Shown one piece after another: positions 58,210 to 64,000 of a stretch of 64,000 nt of DNA (positions are counted from its first letter, which is position 1; each line of letters begins with the position of its first letter). Both the position numbers and the translations under genes were made by a program. Under the pieces are notes generated by a model. The model ran no database searches. It saw nothing but the letters and a program-made list of their open reading frames with translations, and was not told the DNA's origin. The stretch is from an uncultured Candidatus Saccharibacteria bacterium (GTDB lineage Bacteria > Patescibacteriota > Minisyncoccia > Phycocordibacterales > UBA918), in contig CAZSOS010000001.1 of NCBI GenBank assembly GCA_964608605.1, positions 207,452 to 271,451 of the forward strand. Direction: 5' to 3'.

Positions 58210-58251
58210 GGAAACACTCCTTCTTCTGTCACTATCTAACTACGATGAACG

Positions 58252-58914
58252 CTACCAGTCAATCGGTTCCTTCCCTTGAGAGACAAGATACTCATTTGCC
58301 CGGCTGAAATGCTTGGAACCGAACCAGCCGCTATGGGCCGATAAAGGCGAAGGATGCGGCGCCTTGAGAATCAAATGCTTCGAGCCGTCGATGAGCGCGG
58401 CTTTGTTCTGAGCATAGCGACCCCAGAGCATGAAGACCACGCCCGCTTTCTGATCGGCCACGACTTTGATGGCCGCGTCAGTGAATTCCTCCCAGCCCCA
58501 ACCCTGATGCGAACCGGCGCGGGATTCGAAGACTGTCAGGGTAGCGTTTAGGAGCAATACGCCCTGCTTGGCCCAGCGTTCCAGGTTGCCGCTCGCGGGA
58601 ACATCCTTGCCGAGATCGCTTTTGATCTCCTTATAGATATTTTGGAGCGATGGCGGAATGGCTACGCCATCCTGGACCGAGAAGGAGAGGCCGTGCGCCT
58701 GGCCGTGGCCGTGGTACGGATCCTGGCCGATAATTACCACCTTCACCGCGTCGAAAGGACAAAGATCGAAGGCGTTGAAGACCTGCTTCGGGGGAGGGAA
58801 GACATGGTCAGCAAGATAGGCTTCGCGCACCTTGGCGGCCAACTCCTGGAAATACCCCTTGCCGAACTCCTCTTTCAGAGCCTCTTTCCAGCTAGGTTCG
58901 ATGGAGACGTTCAT
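58252..58914 (-). CDS. ung: uracil-DNA glycosylase
   Basis: VVIIGQDPYHG water-activating motif and C-terminal HPSPLS. Confidence 0.93.
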   Translation of the reverse strand: MNVSIEPSWKEALKEEFGKGYFQELAAKVREAYLADHVFPPPKQVFNAFDLCPFDAVKVVIIGQDPYHGHGQAHGLSFSVQDGVAIPPSLQNIYKEIKSDLGKDVPASGNLERWAKQGVLLLNATLTVFESRAGSHQGWGWEEFTDAAIKVVADQKAGVVFMLWGRYAQNKAALIDGSKHLILKAPHPSPLSAHSGWFGSKHFSRANEYLVSQGKEPIDW

Positions 58915-59031
58915 AGGGCGATTTTAACACGACGGGCCAGGAGGGGCGGCGGCTCCGCCGCCGCCCCGTTTGCCTATCCTCCAAAAACCAGTATATTTCG
59001 ATCAGTTTGATCAAATTCGCAGGAGTCTAAA

Positions 59032-59874
59032 ATGCTACGGATAATGTTCCTTAACACCTGGGGCGGGGAATTGTGGGAGGAACTGCGCTGGTACGTCACC
59101 ACGCAAGTACAAAAATTCGACGTGATTTGCCTCACCGAGGTGCATCATTTGCCCGGTGCCAAAGACGCGTTCATAACCCCAACGCTTCCCGGTAGCCGTA
59201 AGAGCGACATATTCGCATGTCAGTTCGAAGCTCTTTGCAAACTGCTGCCCAAGCATGTCGGCTACTACACCGCGCATGGCGAATTCATGTTGCATGATCT
59301 GGAGCGTCATGAGTCTCCGATAAAATATGGCAACGCCATGTTCATCTCGCGCCATTTGTCCCACTTCATCAGCACCGGCATGGTGTTTGGCCAATACAAT
59401 CGGTCCTCGGCCGGCTGGCCGGCGCCTAGGTCGATACAAGGAGTGACCTTCAGGAAAGGAAACGACGCGTACGCGGTGGCGCACTTCCACGGTGTCTGGA
59501 CCGGAGGCCCAAAAGAAGACACCGAGGACCGTTATCGCCAGTCGATAAATGCCGACGCCTTCGTCACCGACCTTGCTCTCAAGTCGCGGAGCGTGTTCAA
59601 TATCCAACCAAAAGTGATCATCGGAGGCGACTTTAACCTCACTTCGAAAACCACTTCGCTCCGCATGTTGGCCAAAAGCAAGGCATTCGACCAGCGAGGC
59701 CGGATACTGAACCACGAGTTCGGCGTCACGGACACCAGGACCAGCCACTATGCTAAAGAGGTCCGGGAAGCCGACTTCGCTCTGGTGTCTCCAAGCGTCA
59801 AAGTTTTTTCCTTCACGGCACCGGCCGAACCGGAGATCTCCGATCATCGGCCGCTCATTCTCGAGTGCGAGTGA
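59032..59874 (+). CDS. endonuclease/exonuclease/phosphatase (EEP) family protein
   Basis: N-terminal LNTWGG, GGDFNL and C-terminal SDHRPL motifs. Confidence 0.75.
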   Translation: MLRIMFLNTWGGELWEELRWYVTTQVQKFDVICLTEVHHLPGAKDAFITPTLPGSRKSDIFACQFEALCKLLPKHVGYYTAHGEFMLHDLERHESPIKYGNAMFISRHLSHFISTGMVFGQYNRSSAGWPAPRSIQGVTFRKGNDAYAVAHFHGVWTGGPKEDTEDRYRQSINADAFVTDLALKSRSVFNIQPKVIIGGDFNLTSKTTSLRMLAKSKAFDQRGRILNHEFGVTDTRTSHYAKEVREADFALVSPSVKVFSFTAPAEPEISDHRPLILECE

Positions 59875-59886
59875 TCAGACGCCAAC

Positions 59887-59920
59887 TGGCGGCCCACCTG
59901 GGCCGCCAGTTTTCTTCTTC
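59887..59920 (+). terminator. intrinsic terminator
   Basis: CTGGCGGCCCACCTGGGCCGCCAG followed by TTTTCTTCTTC. Confidence 0.7.
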
Positions 59921-59961
59921 TCAGTTCAGGATTTATCTGCTATATTTGAGCGCATTCTATC

Positions 59962-60032
59962 GGGCCCATAGTATAGCGGTAGAACGCCTCCATGGCATGG
60001 AGGAGGTCGGGGTTCGACTCCCCGTGGGTCCA
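59962..60032 (+). tRNA. tRNA-Ala (anticodon GGC)
   Basis: Hand-folded. Acceptor GGGCCCA/TGGGTCC with G3:U70. Anticodon loop ATGGCAT. T-arm GGGGTTCGACTCCCC. Discriminator A. No encoded CCA. The D-stem has one A-A mismatch. Confidence 0.7.
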
Positions 60033-60050
60033 CGCGGTTATGGTATTTCG

Positions 60051-60070
60051 GTGGTAGTGTTCGCGATTCG
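60051..60070 (+). repeat. 20-bp exact duplicate of the tRNA-Pro D-loop/anticodon-stem segment (GTGGTAGTGTTCGCGATTCG)
   Basis: Identical to 60101-60120 inside tRNA-Pro. Lies 17 nt upstream of the intact gene. Confidence 0.7.
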
Positions 60071-60086
60071 AGATAAAACGCATTGT

Positions 60087-60157
60087 CGGGCCGTAGCATA
60101 GTGGTAGTGTTCGCGATTCGGGTTCGCGAGGTCCGAGTTCGATTCTCGGCGGCCCGA
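60087..60157 (+). tRNA. tRNA-Pro (anticodon CGG)
   Basis: Hand-folded. C1:G72 acceptor CGGGCCG/CGGCCCG with A73, as is typical of bacterial tRNA-Pro. Anticodon stem-loop CGCGA-TTCGGGT-TCGCG. T-arm CCGAG-TTCGATT-CTCGG. Confidence 0.75.
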
Positions 60158-60209
60158 CAATGTGTTGTATCGGAAGTCCCGGGGACTTCCGTGGCTACAA
60201 CGAAGGTGT

Positions 60210-60237
60210 GGTCCGAGTTCGATTCTCAGTGGGCCAG
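60210..60237 (+). pseudogene. tRNA 3'-half fragment (T-arm plus partial acceptor) duplicated from tRNA-Pro
   Basis: GGTCCGAGTTCGATTCTC is identical to 60130-60147. No matching 5' acceptor strand is present. Preceded by the CGGAAGTCCC/GGGACTTCCG hairpin. Confidence 0.6.
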
Positions 60238-60239
60238 CA

Positions 60240-60557
60240 TCAGATTTTGATGAGTCCTTCATGTATTTCCATATGGCAATTAGCACACACGAGGATACAC
60301 TTCTCGACCTCAGCCTTTGTTTTTTCCCAAGAACGAGTCAAACCTCTGGACGATAAACCGAAATCTTTTTTGCTAGGGTCGGTGTGGTGAAATGATAAAG
60401 CACGTTTACATTTCGCATAACCACACATTCGGCATTTACCACCTCCGTACTCAATAGCCATATCCTTGAGTTTCTTTCGCCTCTTTATAACGGCCGCTTT
60501 TATATATTCGGCCCTGTCCGCATAAGTTCTTTTTTCAATTCTTCGTGGCATATACAC
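60240..60557 (-). CDS. HNH endonuclease (105 aa, free-standing)
   Basis: GTG start. CRMCGY...HH-DP...CANCHMEIH HNH/zinc-finger motif. Wedged between tRNA fragments and the intron-bearing tRNA-Asn. Confidence 0.8.
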   Translation of the reverse strand: MYMPRRIEKRTYADRAEYIKAAVIKRRKKLKDMAIEYGGGKCRMCGYAKCKRALSFHHTDPSKKDFGLSSRGLTRSWEKTKAEVEKCILVCANCHMEIHEGLIKI

Positions 60558-60657
60558 ATGTATTCTACCACAATAATCATGCTTGAATATTGAAAGAATG
60601 TGGATTTTCTGTAGAATAGACGCAACTTGGTCGATATCGCCGATCCAAGTAGTACAT

Positions 60658-61007
60658 TCCCCTGTAGCTCAGCGGTAGAGCAGTCGACTGTATGTATTGC
60701 AGCTTCCTAGGGAAACCTAGGTCGAAAAGAAGGTGAATTGTCCGAAGCGCGCAAGCGCAACGGATCCGGAACCGCAAGGTTCTAGGACTGGAAACCCAAA
60801 CGTGTAGTCGTGGGCAATCAGCAGCCAAGTCCTCAGAGTAATCTAAGGAAAGGTTCAGAGACTATCCCTAACGGGAGTAGCCGAGCAAGAAATTGCTCCA
60901 GGCGAAGCGCCTTCCACCCCTTTCGGGTGATGATATAGTCCACGCCCTTTGGAAACATCGGGATCAGTGTAATCGATTGGTCGCAGGTTCGAATCCTGCC
61001 GGGGGAG
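60658..61007 (+). tRNA. tRNA-Asn (anticodon GUU) interrupted by a group I intron between positions 35 and 36
   Basis: The 5' exon TCCCCTGTAGCTCAGCGGTAGAGCAGTCGACTGT and the 3' exon TAATCGATTGGTCGCAGGTTCGAATCCTGCCGGGGGAG splice to a canonical Asn tRNA (U1:A72, G73, loop CUGUUAA) closely matching E. coli tRNA-Asn. Confidence 0.8.
60692..60969 (+). ncRNA. group I self-splicing intron (278 nt, no ORF)
   Basis: R element GTTCAGAGACTA at 60853-60864 and S-like GATATAGTCC at 60933-60942, giving P7 GACUA/UAGUC. The 5' exon ends in U and pairs with IGS GCAG through a U-G wobble. The intron ends in G. Confidence 0.75.
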
Positions 61008-61008
61008 C

Positions 61009-61045
61009 AAATGAAAAAGCACCGTTTTGGTGCTTTTTCATTTGC
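61009..61045 (+). terminator. intrinsic terminator
   Basis: AAATGAAAAAGCACC-GTTTT-GGTGCTTTTTCATTT. Confidence 0.75.
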
Positions 61046-61192
61046 GAGCCCGGAGAAAGTGCCAGTGGCACTTTCGTCAGGATTCGAAGACCTTGCCAGA
61101 TATTTTGTGACGCAAAGAAACAAAATATCGACAAGGTGTACCGCCCATGTAATGGGAGAAATTCCTGCCGGGGAGCTGAGGTATAATTTTAT

Positions 61193-61699
61193 ATGTTAGG
61201 TTTTGTATCTATGGAATTTTTAATACTTTCCCTCGTAATACTAGGAGTAGTGGTACTGGCAGTAGTTACATTAAAGCTCTTTTCAATATCAAAGACCGAC
61301 CAACCACTCCCTTACCGAGCTAAACAATATTTCTTTTCTCGCTCGGAGCAAGAGTTTCTTAGAATTTTAAACGAATCACTCGATAGGCAACGCTTTGTGA
61401 TTTTTCCAAAAGTGAGACTTGCTGACTTTATAGAAGTGACTATTAGAGGACGTGAGTACCAAGGTTGGTTGAGTAAAATTAAATCAAAGCATGTCGACTT
61501 TCTAATTTGGGATGTTAAAAATCACAAAATAGCCTTAGCAGTTGAGTTAGACGGTAAATCCCACAACATTGAACCTATGCAAACAAGAGATGAGTTTGTT
61601 AACCGGCTATATGACAAGGTGGAAATAAGATTAGTAAGAGTCAAAGTAGGTAGCAATTTCTTGACAGAAGCAAAAATTATATCTGAATCTTTAAGTTAA
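61193..61699 (+). CDS. DUF2726-like (restriction-endonuclease-fold) membrane-anchored protein
   Basis: AT-rich. N-terminal TM, then FPKVRLADFI...HVDFLIWDV...LAVELDGKSH, which resembles the DUF2726/NERD-like nuclease fold. Confidence 0.6.
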   Translation: MLGFVSMEFLILSLVILGVVVLAVVTLKLFSISKTDQPLPYRAKQYFFSRSEQEFLRILNESLDRQRFVIFPKVRLADFIEVTIRGREYQGWLSKIKSKHVDFLIWDVKNHKIALAVELDGKSHNIEPMQTRDEFVNRLYDKVEIRLVRVKVGSNFLTEAKIISESLS

Positions 61700-61741
61700 T
61701 TAGACTGAGGCGTATACTAAGCACAATAAAACTTCTGGCTG

Positions 61742-62791
61742 ATGAAAAAGGAATTCCCTGAATTTTATAGTTTAAGTAAAGACGAGATAACCGCACTATG
61801 GGAGGGGTGCATATTCGCTTTTGATGCAAATGTCCTTCTTAATCTCTACAGATATTCTCTAGACACTAGCGATAATCTAATCTCAATCTTAAAAAATTTC
61901 TCCGACCGCATTTGGATGCCACACCAGTTCGCTCTTGAGTACCAAAGGAATCGAATGGTGGTGATAGAAGGTCAGCGGGTTAAGTACATGGGGAGTATAA
62001 AGAATATTCTAGGTGAACTGGAGGTCGTAGAGGAACTCCTAGGTAACTACTACGGGAAAATGCCTTTTGACATCAAGAAGATAAAGAATGATTTGTTGAA
62101 GTCTCAGGAAGAGTACCCTGGATGCACATCAGAGGACAAAATGCGGGAGGAAATCGACGCACTTTTCGAGAATAAGGTAGGTAGTCCTTTCGACGAAAAA
62201 AGAATGCTCGCAGTGATAGACGAGGGCAAAGAAAGATACCAAAAAGAAATGCCGCCGGGTTACTGCGACGCGTTAGAAAAAGATAAGAATGATCCCACTA
62301 AGACTCGGAAATATGGAGACCTTATTGGGTGGCTTCAAATGATCGAGAAAGCTAAAACCGAGAAGAAACCCCTTGTATTTATCACCAGTGAGCGAAAGGA
62401 AGACTGGTGGCAAATCGTAAAGGGAAAAACTGTTGGTCCTAGGCACGAATTATTGAAAGAGTTTCAGAAAGAAACTGGAGAAGCATTTCATATGTATGAT
62501 ATGAAACGCTTTCTTGACTATGCGAAAGAAAAACACACAGTCAAAAAGAAAACTATTGATGAAGTTATAAAAATTGATGAAGTGTATAATAACAGCGTCG
62601 CAAGTGAACTTGGGGTAGTTGTTGGTGGTGATACTCCCACTTTGTCAGACTATCTAGTGAACCCTGTAGGTTGGCCAATTACGGAAGCATCATCACAAAC
62701 TTCATCTGTGGAAAAGGAGTCCGCTTGGATTATTGTGCCAGAAAATGATGACGGCACAGGAAATCTGGCAACAGGTGACAGGGAACAATGA
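61742..62791 (+). CDS. PIN-like domain protein (DUF4935-type) with uncharacterised C-terminal half
   Basis: AT-rich. N-terminal IFAFDANVLLNLY (PIN strand 1 Asp), YGDLIGW and ITSERKEDWW acidic positions. 349 aa. Confidence 0.6.
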   Translation: MKKEFPEFYSLSKDEITALWEGCIFAFDANVLLNLYRYSLDTSDNLISILKNFSDRIWMPHQFALEYQRNRMVVIEGQRVKYMGSIKNILGELEVVEELLGNYYGKMPFDIKKIKNDLLKSQEEYPGCTSEDKMREEIDALFENKVGSPFDEKRMLAVIDEGKERYQKEMPPGYCDALEKDKNDPTKTRKYGDLIGWLQMIEKAKTEKKPLVFITSERKEDWWQIVKGKTVGPRHELLKEFQKETGEAFHMYDMKRFLDYAKEKHTVKKKTIDEVIKIDEVYNNSVASELGVVVGGDTPTLSDYLVNPVGWPITEASSQTSSVEKESAWIIVPENDDGTGNLATGDREQ

Positions 62792-62795
62792 ATCT

Positions 62796-63074
62796 ATGAA
62801 GACTTATTTGATAACATACGACTTAATTAAGCCGGAAACTAGCGCGGATTACGTAAAGCTTTTCGCTAATATAAAATCACATCTTGGCTGGGCCAAGCCC
62901 ATGAGATCAGTCTGGTTGATAAAAACTAACAGGTCTAGGGATGAAATCATGAAATTGTTGAGATCAGCAGGTGACAGCAATGATAAATTTTTAGTGATGG
63001 AAGTTACAAGGGAATGGATAGCTTTTAACCTTCCAGCAAGTGTCATTACATGGATGAAGGATGAGATTAAATAA
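62796..63074 (+). CDS. small alpha/beta protein (93 aa), translationally coupled partner of the PIN-like gene
   Basis: Its ATG overlaps the upstream TGA (ATGA). MKTYLITYDL...DYVKLFANIKSHLGWAKPMRSVWLIK resembles the beta1-alpha1-beta2 pattern of Cas2/VapD-like folds, but there is no CRISPR context. Confidence 0.5.
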   Translation: MKTYLITYDLIKPETSADYVKLFANIKSHLGWAKPMRSVWLIKTNRSRDEIMKLLRSAGDSNDKFLVMEVTREWIAFNLPASVITWMKDEIK

Positions 63075-63202
63075 TTTATTAAGATTTTAGTTGTTTATAA
63101 AAGTTCTAACGTCCTCCCAAGCGGTGAGCCAATAAAATCACCTTATTTTACAAGGTGATTTTTTGATATCCAAATAGGGTTCAGAACTGATATAATAAAA
63201 AT

Positions 63203-63598
63203 ATGAAATTAGATGCAATAAGCGTAACCAGCACAGACTTAGAAAAATCAGCCAAGTTCTATTCCTTACTAGGTTTTACTTTCCCTACATTTGGGAAGGA
63301 TGAAAAACATATAGAACCCCAAACAAAAAATGGCGAGGTGAGACTTATGATAGATACTGCTGATTTGATTGAAAGTATCACTGGCTCAAAACCAGTGCCT
63401 CCAAATCATTCTTCGTTTGCAATACTGTGTGAGCAACCTTCAAAAGTAGACGAGGTCTGTATAAAAATAAAAAATGAAGGGTTTGTTGTCATAAAAGAAC
63501 CTTGGGATGCATTTTGGGGACAAAGGTATGCAATTGTTCAAGACCCAGATGGTTATATGATTGATTTATTTGCACCGCTAGAAAATAGTACCACTTAG
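63203..63598 (+). CDS. VOC/glyoxalase-bleomycin resistance family protein
   Basis: 131 aa with the glyoxalase-like beta-alpha-beta-beta-beta module pattern. AT-rich. Confidence 0.7.
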   Translation: MKLDAISVTSTDLEKSAKFYSLLGFTFPTFGKDEKHIEPQTKNGEVRLMIDTADLIESITGSKPVPPNHSSFAILCEQPSKVDEVCIKIKNEGFVVIKEPWDAFWGQRYAIVQDPDGYMIDLFAPLENSTT

Positions 63599-63861
63599 TT
63601 CTGAAGAGCAATCTCCGAAAACATTTCAGAAATCTTAGAGTACTCAATATCTCTTTTAATTTGAACCCAATTGAGAGTTCTGAATGCGTCCACTAGAGGG
63701 AGCTAGTGAAAAAGACCCTTACAAAGGTCTTTTTCGTTTGCTCCGTGGGAGAGAATCCTCTCGGAAAGTTTTCATACGTGTTACCAAACCGCCGATATTT
63801 CCCCAAGAAATACTTACCGAAGCTGAATCCTTGCCACCCTGAAGTGTTAAAATAATTAACA

Positions 63862-64000
63862 ATGAAAGATATCTTTAAACTCGCCGCCGCCATCGCGATC
63901 TCCGAATTCGCCGGCATCATCGGTTCGGCGTTCACCGTTCCGGCCATTCCGGCGTGGTATGCGACTCTCAATAAGCCCGCTCTCAACCCACCCAGCTGGA
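63862..64000 (+). CDS. TspO/MBR family protein (5' partial, runs off the window end)
   Basis: AWYATLNKPALNPPSW matches the conserved TspO N-terminal motif. GC returns to the chassis level here. Confidence 0.6.
   Translation, partial: MKDIFKLAAAIAISEFAGIIGSAFTVPAIPAWYATLNKPALNPPSW

Noticed and set aside
60158-60240. A third tRNA gene after tRNA-Pro.
   Set aside because: Only a T-arm and partial acceptor are present (GGTCCGAGTTCGATTCTCAGTGGGCCA). No complementary 5' acceptor strand, D-arm or anticodon arm can be built. I called it a tRNA-Pro 3' fragment instead.
60158-60240. tmRNA, because of the tRNA-like 3' end plus upstream hairpin.
   Set aside because: No 5' GGGG acceptor partner, no tag reading frame and no pseudoknots were recognisable, and the segment is too short.

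Overview
This 64 kb window is a high-GC (~60%) bacterial chromosome segment that is densely packed with housekeeping genes. The chassis genes are gyrB, thrS, dnaE, rnhB, rpmF, a nusB-Nudix fusion, rnc, a type IV pilin, a short smc, rnr, rpsP, a KH-domain protein, trmD, rpoB-rpoC, dnaG-rpoD, a SulP permease, a UvrD-like helicase-nuclease, a dsbA-like gene, uppP, hisS, prmC, an ABC-2 exporter pair, class I fba, rpmG, truB, ung and others. Short intergenic spacers, weak or absent Shine-Dalgarno sequences, several near-leaderless mRNAs and many proteins with low-complexity extensions suggest a small-genome, possibly Patescibacteria/CPR-like, organism; this is inference. Beyond the chassis, reading the sequence turned up ten things worth a second look. 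(1) A tRNA cluster (Ala-GGC, Pro-CGG, Asn-GUU) in which tRNA-Asn is interrupted in the anticodon loop by a 278-nt group I intron with canonical R/S core elements. The cluster also carries duplicated tRNA-Pro fragments and a free-standing HNH endonuclease gene. (2) An AT-rich (~38% GC) island directly downstream of tRNA-Asn that encodes a DUF2726-like membrane nuclease-fold protein, a PIN-like (DUF4935-type) protein translationally coupled to a small Cas2/VapD-pattern partner, and a VOC/glyoxalase protein. (3) A T-box-type leader with Thr (ACC) specifier placement upstream of thrS. (4) A family of 21-29 bp palindromes with core AGTCAGACT that recurs five times, always just after stop codons and next to GC-rich intrinsic terminators. 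(5) A sortase gene beside a 559-aa surface protein that has Cys-rich GDWSG-GDYGSGCC tandem repeats, four Ig-like repeats and a non-canonical VPYTG-TM-KKG sorting-like signal. (6) A NusB-Nudix fusion ORF. (7) A low-GC block that encodes a giant secreted beta-helix/LCAT-like lipase fusion plus a 4-TM partner. (8) A ~95-bp AT-rich element repeated at two loci. (9) Small ORFs driven by near-consensus TTGACT-N16/17-TATACT promoters. (10) Atypical catalytic motifs in DnaG (zinc ligands lost) and a Tmk-like protein. No CRISPR array or rRNA was seen.
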